Source: a bacterium (lineage in GTDB: Bacteria; Zhuqueibacterota; Zhuqueibacteria; Oceanimicrobiales; Oceanimicrobiaceae). Taken from it: a DNA stretch of 18,230 nucleotides. Where the stretch lies: positions 1 through 18,230 of the forward strand of contig JBBIIG010000077.1 in the NCBI GenBank assembly GCA_037446635.1. Reading direction: 5' to 3'. Shown here piece by piece: positions 1 through 7,566 of the stretch. The number at the start of each line of letters is the position of its first letter. The first letter of the stretch is position 1. The notes beneath the pieces were generated by a model. That model was given only the letters and a program-made list of their open reading frames with translations. It was not told the DNA's origin and ran no database searches. The position numbers were made by a program, and so were the translations under genes.

Positions 1-1
1 T

Positions 2-952
2 CAGACCTTTCGCGGCTATCAGCCGGCGGATCAAAATATCCGCTCGCTGTTGAGTGTGCCGCTGTTGTGCAAGGGCAAATTGATTGGCGTGGTCAATTTG
101 TTCAACAAAAAAGAGGGCGGCGTTTTCACGGAAGACGATCAGCGTTTGTTTGCGATCATCGCCTCGCAATCGGCGCAGGTGATCGAGAACGCCCGGTTGT
201 ACGAGGAAGAAAAGCGGCTGCGTCTTTTCGAGCATGAAATGCAAATGGCGCGCGAGATTCAGGAAGGCTTGCTGCCGAAAAAAAATCCCGAAACCAAGAA
301 ATTGGACATCGCCAGTTATTTCAACCCCGCGGCGCAAGTGGGCGGGGATTATTTCGATTATTTTCAGTTGGGGGAAAATCAGCTCGGCATCGTGATGGCC
401 GATGTTTCCGGGCACGGCACCTCGGCGGCGCTGGTGATGACGATGGTGAAGGGCATCATGCACGCCATCACCCAGAATTTTAAATCGCCGGAGGCGGTGC
501 TGCAAGAGCTCAACGCCATCATCAACCAGATCGGCCCGCGGGAAAAATTTGTCACCATGGCCTTTCTGGTGTTTGATTTGGCCGGTGATGAATTGCGTTT
601 TTCCAATGCCGGCCACAACCCGATTTTGCATTTCCGCAAGAAAGAGCATCGCTGCGCGATGGTGGAATTGCGCGGCCCGGCGCTGGGCTTGTCGAAACTT
701 TCGACGTATCAGTGCCAGAACATCAAACTCGACACTGGCGATCTGATTTTGATTTACACCGATGGCGTGACCGAGGCTTTCAATAAAAAGGGGGAGATGT
801 TTGAGGAGTCGCGTTTACAAGCGGCGACGGCCGCGGCGGCTTCCAAGAAGTCGGCGGAAATTATCGAGCATCTCAAAAACCAGATTTTGTCGTTTACCGA
901 CGGCGCGCAGCAGAGCGATGACATGGCGATGATCGCCGTCAAGGTTCAGTAG
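2..952 (+). CDS. GAF + PP2C/SpoIIE (RsbU-like) Ser/Thr phosphatase, 5'-truncated by window edge
   Basis: Frame is open from base 2 (QTFRGYQPADQNIRSLLSVPL...). Contains the GAF C-terminal half (LSVPLLCKGKLIGVVNLFNK...DDQRLFAIIASQSAQVIENARLY), a coiled-coil linker, and PP2C motifs VGGDYFD, ADVSGHG, NAGH, YTDGVTEA, DDMA. Confidence 0.93.
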   Translation, partial: QTFRGYQPADQNIRSLLSVPLLCKGKLIGVVNLFNKKEGGVFTEDDQRLFAIIASQSAQVIENARLYEEEKRLRLFEHEMQMAREIQEGLLPKKNPETKKLDIASYFNPAAQVGGDYFDYFQLGENQLGIVMADVSGHGTSAALVMTMVKGIMHAITQNFKSPEAVLQELNAIINQIGPREKFVTMAFLVFDLAGDELRFSNAGHNPILHFRKKEHRCAMVELRGPALGLSKLSTYQCQNIKLDTGDLILIYTDGVTEAFNKKGEMFEESRLQAATAAAASKKSAEIIEHLKNQILSFTDGAQQSDDMAMIAVKVQ

Positions 953-992
953 GCAGTTGGCAGGGTGAGTGGTAGGTGCCAATTGCCTACTG
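947..992. repeat. 16-bp inverted repeat built from 7-nt units, between the two phosphatase genes
   Basis: cagtaggcagttggca (947-962) pairs with tgccaattgcctactg (977-992), with one G-U position on the + strand. It overlaps the TAG stop and has no U-tract. Confidence 0.75.
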
Positions 993-1021
993 TCAAACTA
1001 CCTTTCTCAACTCTAAAGACA

Positions 1022-2314
1022 ATGGCGTCTAAGAATCCGGATCTCGAAAAATTGTTGGCGGAAAACGAGCGCCTGAAAAAATCGGTGGCGGAGCTTTCGA
1101 TGCTCAACGAGTTCGCCCAGATCATCAGCTCCACCATGGCGCTGGATAAGGTTCTCGACAAAGTCGTGGCCGCGTCGCTGAAGGCCATCGATGCCGAGCA
1201 AGGCACCATTCACCTCGTGCAGAGCCTCGAAGGCGACGCTCCCTTTCGAACCTTAATCAGAAAGGCTGATCAGACCAAGCCGGCGGACAAGTACCGCTTG
1301 GACGTGGAGCTCAGCGGCTGGATGATCCGCAACCGCAAGCCGCTTTTGATTAACGATTTTAGCACAGACAAAACGTTTAAAAAGGACAGCAGCGATCGCA
1401 AAATTCGCTCGCTGCTGGCGGTGCCGCTGTTGTGCAAAGGCCAGCTTATCGGCGTGCTGAATTTGTTTAATAAAAAACATCCGCAGGGATTCAATCTCGA
1501 CGATCAGCGCCTGCTTTCAATCATTGCCTCGCAATCGGCGCAGGTCATTGAAAACGCCCGGCTTTATGAAGAAGAGAAGCAACTGCGCCAGTATGAGCAG
1601 GATTTGCAAATGGCGCGGAATATTCAAAACAATCTGCTGCCCAAAGAGAACCCAACTATTCCCGGCTTTGATGTTGCAGGAAAAAGCTACGCCGCGCGGG
1701 AAGTGGGCGGCGATTATTTTGATTTCATCGACCTCGGCGACGGCCGCTGGAACATTGCTCTGGGCGACGTTTCGGGCAAGGGGATTGCGGCGGCGTTGTT
1801 GATGTCGAATCTGCAGGCGACGCTGCGAACCCAGGCGCAGAGCAACATCTTTTTAATTGACAGCGTCGCGAAGACCAATCGTTTTTTGTATTTTAATACG
1901 GAAGCCAATCAGTTTGCCACGCTTTTCTGCGGCGTTCTGGATGCGCCAGCGAAAACCTTCACCTATGTTAATGCCGGACACAACTATCCGTTTCTGCTAA
2001 CTTCTGCCGGTAAATTTCAGGAATTGCACACCGGGGGGTTGATTTTGGGTTTGTTGCCGGAGGTGTCGTTTGCAGAAAATAAGCGGCAATTAAGTCCCGG
2101 CGAAATTCTGGTCATTTACTCCGACGGCGTCACCGAGGCCGAAAACGAGCTGGAAGATCAGTTTGGCGAGAAGCGGCTGCAAGAAATTATTAAGCAAAAT
2201 CAAAATTGCTCTGCTGAGGAATTGCTGGACCGGATTTATAGCGAGGTTACAGAATTTTGCGGGACCGCCAAACAAAGCGATGATATTACCCTCGTCATTA
2301 TCAAAACATTGTAA
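1022..2314 (+). CDS. GAF + PP2C/SpoIIE (RsbU-like) Ser/Thr phosphatase, ~430 aa
   Basis: ATG 1022 preferred over GTG 965, which lies inside the hairpin. N-terminal coiled coil, complete GAF, and motifs VGGDYFD, GDVSGKG, NAGH, YSDGVTEA, DDIT. Confidence 0.93.
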   Translation: MASKNPDLEKLLAENERLKKSVAELSMLNEFAQIISSTMALDKVLDKVVAASLKAIDAEQGTIHLVQSLEGDAPFRTLIRKADQTKPADKYRLDVELSGWMIRNRKPLLINDFSTDKTFKKDSSDRKIRSLLAVPLLCKGQLIGVLNLFNKKHPQGFNLDDQRLLSIIASQSAQVIENARLYEEEKQLRQYEQDLQMARNIQNNLLPKENPTIPGFDVAGKSYAAREVGGDYFDFIDLGDGRWNIALGDVSGKGIAAALLMSNLQATLRTQAQSNIFLIDSVAKTNRFLYFNTEANQFATLFCGVLDAPAKTFTYVNAGHNYPFLLTSAGKFQELHTGGLILGLLPEVSFAENKRQLSPGEILVIYSDGVTEAENELEDQFGEKRLQEIIKQNQNCSAEELLDRIYSEVTEFCGTAKQSDDITLVIIKTL

Positions 2315-2671
2315 ATGAATCCCCGCCATTTCCTGCCGTTTGCGATCTCACTTTTTCTTTCGTTCACCTGTAAAACCCAGCCGCCCGCGGAGGTTACCGA
2401 TCCCGGTCAACTGCTCTTTTTAGGATATGCCAAGGACGATGTCAACTGTTCGCGCTGCCACGGTCCAGACGGACAAGGGGGGACGGACGCGCCGGAGCTG
2501 TATAAAATTTTCAGCAAATACGACGAGCAAAAAGTCCGGGAGATCATTTTAGAAGGCAAAGGATTGGGAAAAAAAACGATGCCGGCATTTCACGAAAAGT
2601 TGGCGCCGGCAGATCTGGAAGCGCTCATGAAATTTTTGCAAAGCGCGTTTCCACCCGAGCAAAGCAATTGA
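2315..2671 (+). CDS. Monoheme class I c-type cytochrome, probable lipoprotein
   Basis: CSRCH heme motif, distal MPAF Met ligand, N-terminal hydrophobic stretch ending LSFTC (lipobox-like). ATG directly follows the upstream TAA. Confidence 0.88.
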   Translation: MNPRHFLPFAISLFLSFTCKTQPPAEVTDPGQLLFLGYAKDDVNCSRCHGPDGQGGTDAPELYKIFSKYDEQKVREIILEGKGLGKKTMPAFHEKLAPADLEALMKFLQSAFPPEQSN

Positions 2672-2722
2672 TAATTAACTAAAAGTGATTGGCTCAGGAC
2701 TGTCCCGAAAAGATCGCAGGAT

Positions 2723-2800
2723 TGTCATTCCCGCAAGTTTTTAGCGGGAATCTTCTGTGGTCGCGCACGGGATGCCCGATGAAAGCTTTCGGGCATGACA
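2723..2800. repeat. REP-like double-hairpin element (GTCATTCCCGC...GCGGGAATC / GGATGCCCGA...TCGGGCATGAC)
   Basis: Hairpin 1 attcccgc/gcgggaat within 2724-2752. Hairpin 2 atgcccga/tcgggcat within 2770-2799. Outer ends tgtcat (2723-2728) and atgaca (2795-2800) are complementary. Confidence 0.8.
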
Positions 2801-2830
2801 TAAAGTTTCGCCCTTTGCCCGACAGTGAAT

Positions 2831-2855
2831 TTGTCTGCCCGACGCAGGCGGACAA
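2831..2855. other. Short hairpin between convergent genes, possible terminator or small repeat
   Basis: ttgtctgcc (2831-2839) / ggcggacaa (2847-2855), 9 bp with one G-U, 7-nt loop, 10 nt from the stop of the minus-strand gene. Confidence 0.45.
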
Positions 2856-2865
2856 TTAACTCATC

Positions 2866-4314
2866 CTAAAATCCCAGCGTAATTTCCCCCCAAATGTAGG
2901 GATTGGCCAGCGTCCAGGTGCTGGAGTCGGTGGCCCAGTAGCATTCGCATTCGTCAAATGGTTGCAGCAGGATATTAAACAACATCTGATCTCCGGGCGA
3001 GAGTTTTTTCGACACCGGCAGGAAGGCTTCGAAGGAATAGGCGCCGCTTTTCTCAGTCATCGAAAAAAGTGCGGTCGCGCCATCGCTTGCTGGAGTGGTT
3101 TGCTTGAGTTTGAATTTATCTTTTTTGGTGCGGCTCAATTTCCAAACCAGCGCGCCCTCTTGCAGGTCTAACGTCCGCTGGTTGTTGGTTTCTAACATCA
3201 CGTAAAGCAGGTCTGCCTTTTTCTTCGATTTTTGAAACACCCAATTCCGCACCGCGATCAGGACGCCGCCATCGGTCCACGCGAGATTTAATTGCGGGGG
3301 CACACAGTCCCCGGTCTTTTTTTGGTAAAGATAATTTGTTTTGAGCGGCACCGCGCTGGCCAAGTTGCCCCATTCGGTCAATTTGCCGTCAATTTTGTAA
3401 CTGCTGATTCGTGGGATGGAGGCGCTGGGCAGGAGGGGCAGAAACGAGTCGTGGGTATCAAAATAACTTTTGGGCAACCGATAAATTTCGCGCTGCTCGT
3501 TGGTCAACAGGAAGTCTGGCCCGTTGAAACAAATCCCTTCGCTTTGCCGCAGCTCCAAAAGAATGCGTTTGAAATGGCCGGCCAGGTAGTTGTCGCCGCT
3601 GCGGGGTTTTTCAAACAGGTAAATGTATTCGTAACACAGCACCAGCAATTGGCTGCCATCGGCGGTGGCGTCCGCGCCGGTGACCATGCCGTCGATCTCA
3701 AAATCGCCCAGCCGGCTGAGGGTTTGCGTTTGACGGTCGTCCAGACTTTCGAAACGGTAGAGGGTGGTGCGGCGATCACTGCGATGTTTGGTTAGGAGAT
3801 ACAAATGGCCATTGGCCCAGAACAGCGCCTCGCTGTCGAAATTTTGGTTTTGGGGATCGGGGAACAGACTTTGGTCGGGATATTTAAAATGGATGCGTTT
3901 GCTGACTGGCGCGCTGCTGGTTTTGCGGGGGTCGGGTTCTTTGATCACATAAACCGTCAGGTCGCGGCGGTCGTTGTCGTTGTTTCCGATATCTCCGATG
4001 TAAAGATTGCCGGCGTCATCGGCGGTGATATCTTCCCAATCGACGTTTTCTGCGCCCGTAATGGTAATTTGTCGAATCAGCTCGCCGCGGTCGGTAGTGG
4101 CGAAAATGCGGGGGAGATCGCCGGAGTCGTTGTGGGTCCAGAAGACGTTCTCGAATTGCCGACTTTTTACGAAGCCGGAGGACTCGGCGATGGCGCGGTC
4201 GGTGAAGCGGCCGTACGGAAGCCAGTTGTTGCTGTTTTGGGGGTGGGCGAGAAGCGGCCAGACGAGCAAAGGCAGAAATTTGATGATATTCAATTTGGAA
4301 ATTTTTCCTATCAT
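2866..4314 (-). CDS. Secreted hypothetical protein: N-terminal beta-propeller-like domain plus C-terminal CBM9/DOMON-like domain
   Basis: 482-aa ORF with a signal-peptide-like N-terminus and motifs ESSG, WTHNDSG, DWEDI, YIGDIGNN, FDSEA, QSEGI typical of a widespread uncharacterised propeller family. IDGKLTEW and LAWTDGGVLIAV resemble the start of a CBM9/DOMON-like fold. Confidence 0.8.
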   Translation of the reverse strand: MIGKISKLNIIKFLPLLVWPLLAHPQNSNNWLPYGRFTDRAIAESSGFVKSRQFENVFWTHNDSGDLPRIFATTDRGELIRQITITGAENVDWEDITADDAGNLYIGDIGNNDNDRRDLTVYVIKEPDPRKTSSAPVSKRIHFKYPDQSLFPDPQNQNFDSEALFWANGHLYLLTKHRSDRRTTLYRFESLDDRQTQTLSRLGDFEIDGMVTGADATADGSQLLVLCYEYIYLFEKPRSGDNYLAGHFKRILLELRQSEGICFNGPDFLLTNEQREIYRLPKSYFDTHDSFLPLLPSASIPRISSYKIDGKLTEWGNLASAVPLKTNYLYQKKTGDCVPPQLNLAWTDGGVLIAVRNWVFQKSKKKADLLYVMLETNNQRTLDLQEGALVWKLSRTKKDKFKLKQTTPASDGATALFSMTEKSGAYSFEAFLPVSKKLSPGDQMLFNILLQPFDECECYWATDSSTWTLANPYIWGEITLGF

Positions 4315-4406
4315 TTTTTTTATTTAAATTTAGTACGCGACGCTATTCATTGCAAACAAAAAAACTCCGGCGCGAAAAAAAGTTTTGAACCCGTGAATCT
4401 TTTTTC

Positions 4407-4434
4407 TTGCGATTGCGTTTTTTTCTGCTAAATT
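4407..4434 (+). promoter_or_regulatory. Putative sigma-70-type promoter for the marR-arsN2-arsM cluster
   Basis: ttgcga (4407-4412), 16-nt spacer, extended -10 tgc-taaatt (4426-4434), immediately upstream of the operator-like palindrome. Confidence 0.45.
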
Positions 4435-4452
4435 AGTTGCAACTTACAACTA
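4434..4452. promoter_or_regulatory. Putative MarR operator 1
   Basis: tagttg-caactta-caacta inverted repeat 16 nt before the marR ATG. 16/19 identical to the site at 5414-5432. Confidence 0.7.
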
Positions 4453-4468
4453 TTTTGAGTTACAAACA

Positions 4469-4948
4469 ATGACAAAGAACAAATCAGTTAACGAGCAGGT
4501 TTTGAATTTTCACAAACAGATCGTCGAGTTGATCAAAAAGTATCAGTTCCGCGATCGCAATCACATCACCTGCTGTGGCGTCTCGGTGAGCCAGTGTTAC
4601 ATTTTGGAGACCTTGAACACCTACGGCGCCCTCACCATGAATGAGCTGGCGGAAAAAATGTATCTCTCCATCAGCACGGTGACGCGGGTGGTGGAAGAGT
4701 TGGTGAAAAAGGGTTACGTCCAGCGTGAAGAAGACCCGGCCGATCGCCGCATCCGCGTTATCGATTTAACCGATGACGGCAAAGTGGTTTTTGAAAAATG
4801 CTGGCGCAGCGTCTTCGAATCCGAAAAAGCCATCCTGTTGAATTTTCCAGCGCAGCAGCGCGATATGTTGATCAACTTTTTAGCGCAGTTGAATCAGGCC
4901 GTCAACGAGTGGCAGAGCTGCTGCGAGGTTCAAAATCATCATGAGTGA
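4469..4948 (+). CDS. MarR-family regulator, Cys-rich arsenic-associated type
   Basis: Winged HTH (TMNELAEKMYLSISTVTRVVEELVKKGYVQREEDPADRR), N-terminal RDRNHITCCGVSVSQC and C-terminal SCC. First gene of the ars cluster. Confidence 0.9.
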   Translation: MTKNKSVNEQVLNFHKQIVELIKKYQFRDRNHITCCGVSVSQCYILETLNTYGALTMNELAEKMYLSISTVTRVVEELVKKGYVQREEDPADRRIRVIDLTDDGKVVFEKCWRSVFESEKAILLNFPAQQRDMLINFLAQLNQAVNEWQSCCEVQNHHE

Positions 4949-4951
4949 AAT

Positions 4952-5398
4952 ATGAACGCGACCAAACCGACGATCCGATCTGCCCAACCTGAAGATTGGC
5001 TGGCGATTTCCACCCTGCTCGAATCCATCAAACTGCCCACCGCCGGTGTTTCCGACCACCTGCCAAATTTTTTGATTTTGGAAGATGGCGGAAAAATCGC
5101 CGGCTGCGTGGGACTCGAGGTGTACGGCTCAAAAGCCCTGCTGCGCTCGCTGGCGGTCGCAAAAGAATGGCAGGGAAAGGGGCTGGGGGGCGCGCTTTAT
5201 GAAGCCGCGGTCGAGCGTGCGCGTCGCCGCGGGATCGACGAGATTTATTTGCTGACGGAAACCGCTGAAAAATTTTTTGCGGCGCGTGGATTTGAAATCA
5301 TTCCCCGCACCCAGGCCGCTGAGCCCGTGAAAAATTCCGTGGAATTCCGCTCGGCCTGCCCGCAGTCGGCGATTTGCATGAAATTAAAATTGCGCTAA
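4952..5398 (+). CDS. arsN2: Arsenic-resistance GNAT N-acetyltransferase, ArsN2 family
   Basis: GNAT motif LLRSLAV...QGKGLG, YLLTETAEKFF, C-terminal SVEFRSACPQSA characteristic of ArsN2. Adjacent to arsM. Confidence 0.85.
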   Translation: MNATKPTIRSAQPEDWLAISTLLESIKLPTAGVSDHLPNFLILEDGGKIAGCVGLEVYGSKALLRSLAVAKEWQGKGLGGALYEAAVERARRRGIDEIYLLTETAEKFFAARGFEIIPRTQAAEPVKNSVEFRSACPQSAICMKLKLR

Positions 5399-5413
5399 AA
5401 TTTTTTGAACCAA

Positions 5414-5432
5414 TACTTGTAACTTACAAATA
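5414..5432. promoter_or_regulatory. Putative MarR operator 2, upstream of arsM
   Basis: tacttgtaacttacaaata, 16/19 identical to 4434-4452, with palindromic core ttgtaa-c-ttacaa. Abuts the SD (aaaggag) of arsM. Confidence 0.7.
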
Positions 5433-5446
5433 AAAGGAGAACAATC

Positions 5447-6310
5447 ATGGTTACGACAAAGATGTCCGACACTGAAATCAAAAGTGAAGTGCGCAAGCGC
5501 TACGCTGGTCTGGTTACCAGTCAAAACAAACTCTCCTGCTGCGGCGCCGATTCGAGCTGCGGTGCGCCGGCGGATACCCGCAAGGGCCATCTCGTCAAAG
5601 CCGCGGGATATTCGGCGGATGAGCTCAAAAATCTTCCCACAGTGGCGGTGGAAAATTCTTTCGGCTGCGGCAACCCGCTGGCGTTTGCTGGAGTGGAGGA
5701 AGGGCAAACGGTTTTGGATATTGGCTCTGGCGCCGGCATCGACTGCTTCCTCGCCGCGGAGAAAGTCGGCAAAACCGGCAAAGTCATCGGCATCGATATG
5801 ACGCCGGAGATGATTGACAGAGCCCGCGCCAACGCCATCGACGGCGGCTACTCGCAGGTGGAATTCCGTCTCGGAGAAGCGGAAGCCATGCCGGTCGCGG
5901 ATGCCGAGGTCGATTGGGTGATCTCCAACTGCGTGATCAACCTCTCTCCCAACAAGCCGCGCGTCTTCAGCGAAATTTATCGCGTGTTGAAACCCGGCGG
6001 CCGCTTCTCCATTTCTGATATCGTTCTCGGCGACGATTTGCCCAAGTGGCTGGCCAACAACCTGCACGCCTGGACCGGCTGCGTCGCTGGCGCCATCAAA
6101 GAGCGGGATTATTTGCAAGGTTTGCGCGACGCTGGTTTGACGGAGGTGGAAGTGGAATCGCGTATTGTTTACGACGACGCCTTCATCCGCAGCTTTTTGG
6201 AACACTACAAGCTGTTGCAATTTTTGCCGTTCAAAACTAAATTGCTGAAGTCGGCGAGCAACCGAGTCTGGAGCGCGAAAATCCGCGGCCGCAAGCCGTT
6301 GAGTCATTAA
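5447..6310 (+). CDS. arsM: Arsenite S-adenosylmethionine methyltransferase
   Basis: SFGCGNP, SAM motif VLDIGSGAGID, IDMTPEM, ISNCVINL, WTGCVAGA and N-terminal SCCG; good SD. Confidence 0.93.
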   Translation: MVTTKMSDTEIKSEVRKRYAGLVTSQNKLSCCGADSSCGAPADTRKGHLVKAAGYSADELKNLPTVAVENSFGCGNPLAFAGVEEGQTVLDIGSGAGIDCFLAAEKVGKTGKVIGIDMTPEMIDRARANAIDGGYSQVEFRLGEAEAMPVADAEVDWVISNCVINLSPNKPRVFSEIYRVLKPGGRFSISDIVLGDDLPKWLANNLHAWTGCVAGAIKERDYLQGLRDAGLTEVEVESRIVYDDAFIRSFLEHYKLLQFLPFKTKLLKSASNRVWSAKIRGRKPLSH

Positions 6311-6321
6311 ATGGGGTTTTG

Positions 6322-6368
6322 GATTGATGGATCGCTGCTTAGTATTGCGCGATCCATCAATCTTTTTT
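6322..6368 (+). terminator. Probable intrinsic terminator of the ars cluster
   Basis: Perfect 14-bp stem gattgatggatcgc (6322-6335) / gcgatccatcaatc (6349-6362) followed by T6. Confidence 0.75.
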
Positions 6369-6444
6369 GATTTTTTGATCGCAAAAAGAAAATGTGTAGG
6401 AAGTTACTAAAAAACTGCGCGAGCTGGGTAAAAGAAAAAATTTT

Positions 6445-6582
6445 AATCCGCGCCCACCATTCCTCCCAGGCTTTGAAAGATGAGATTCGCCAAAGGATCG
6501 TTCATCGTCGGAAGGAGGATTGGCAGTTATGTTCAATGAAAGTCCGCGGAGCGTTTCTCAATATGTGTTTCAAACGCGGATT
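6445..6582 (+). other. Candidate structured RNA or leader element, family not recognised
   Basis: Nested stems 6445-6452/6575-6582, 6457-6466/6514-6523 and 6479-6488/6495-6506, plus a competing stem 6551-6556/6572-6577. Confidence 0.35.
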
Positions 6583-6629
6583 GGAATCTTCAAAAGAATC
6601 ACATTCATGAATATTCGCTCAACACTATC

Positions 6630-7511
6630 ATGTCGGTTTTGATGATTTTTATCGACGGGATCGGCGTCGGCGAGGCAAACCCTGAAACCAACCCCTTCGC
6701 ACGATTTCCATCGCCGTTTTTTTCTATGTTCAAAGATGCGCCCTGGCCGGCGCTGCCGTTCGATGGCGCCGCTGTGGCCGTGGATCCGACGATGGCGGTG
6801 CCTGGATTGCCGCAAAGCGCCACCGGACAAACGGCGCTGCTCACCGGCGTGAGCGCCGCGCAAAAACTGGGTCATCATCTGTCCGGATTCCCGTCGCCGA
6901 CCCTCCGGAAAATTCTGCTCGCCGAGAGCATTTTTTTGAAATTGGAAAGAATTAACAAAGTGGGGACGTTTGCCAACGCTTTTTCTCCGCAGTACTTTCA
7001 ACGTCCGGCGCGCGCCATTTCCGCCACCACTTGGTCGGTGAAGGCGTCTCGCTTTCCGTTTCGCATGATTCAAAACGATCTACTGCAGGAGCGAGCCGTT
7101 TCCCACGATCTCACCAATGAATTTCTTTCGCAACTCGGCTTCGAGGTGCCGATCCGCACCCCGCAGGCCTCGGCAGAAATTTTGGCGGAGGTCGCTGCGG
7201 GCGTGGATTTCTGTCTGTTTGAGTTTATCTTGACCGATGCCGTCGGCCACAATCAGGACATGGCGGCGGCCGAGGTGCAAGTTCAAAAGCTGACTACGTT
7301 GCTGGAAACGGTTTTGAATAAGATCGATTTAAAAAATCACCTCGTTCTGCTCACCAGCGATCACGGCAATTTCGAAAACTTGGGCGTTTCCACCCACACC
7401 CGCAATTTTGTGCCGGCGATTCTTTGGGGCAAATCCAACCGCGAGCTGGCGCAAAAAATTCACCGCATCGAAGACGTCCCGTCTGCCATTTTAGCCCACC
7501 TGCAATCATAA
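6630..7511 (+). CDS. Alkaline-phosphatase-superfamily metalloenzyme (iPGM/phosphopentomutase-like)
   Basis: IFIDGIG, PQSATGQT (nucleophile region), TDAVGH, TSDHGNFE and THTRN metal-binding motifs. Confidence 0.85.
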   Translation: MSVLMIFIDGIGVGEANPETNPFARFPSPFFSMFKDAPWPALPFDGAAVAVDPTMAVPGLPQSATGQTALLTGVSAAQKLGHHLSGFPSPTLRKILLAESIFLKLERINKVGTFANAFSPQYFQRPARAISATTWSVKASRFPFRMIQNDLLQERAVSHDLTNEFLSQLGFEVPIRTPQASAEILAEVAAGVDFCLFEFILTDAVGHNQDMAAAEVQVQKLTTLLETVLNKIDLKNHLVLLTSDHGNFENLGVSTHTRNFVPAILWGKSNRELAQKIHRIEDVPSAILAHLQS

Positions 7512-7518
7512 ATTTTAC

Positions 7519-7546
7519 TTGACTTGCCAGAATAAATTTTTAAATT
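7519..7546 (+). promoter_or_regulatory. Putative sigma-70-type promoter of amrB
   Basis: ttgact (7519-7524), 16-nt spacer, taaatt (7541-7546) in an AT-rich gap. Confidence 0.45.
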
Positions 7547-7566
7547 GATTTTTAACGATTTAATTA

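Noticed and set aside
5384..6307. 307-aa minus-strand ORF
   Set aside because: Antisense shadow of arsM with no independent motifs.
4469..6310. Arsinothricin biosynthesis cluster or selenoprotein ArsM
   Set aside because: No arsL-like radical SAM gene is present, and arsM has ordinary Cys codons with no in-frame TGA.
6392..6610. 72-aa plus-strand ORF in the arsM-metalloenzyme gap
   Set aside because: No SD and no recognisable domain, and it runs through the structured region. Not excluded, but unsupported.
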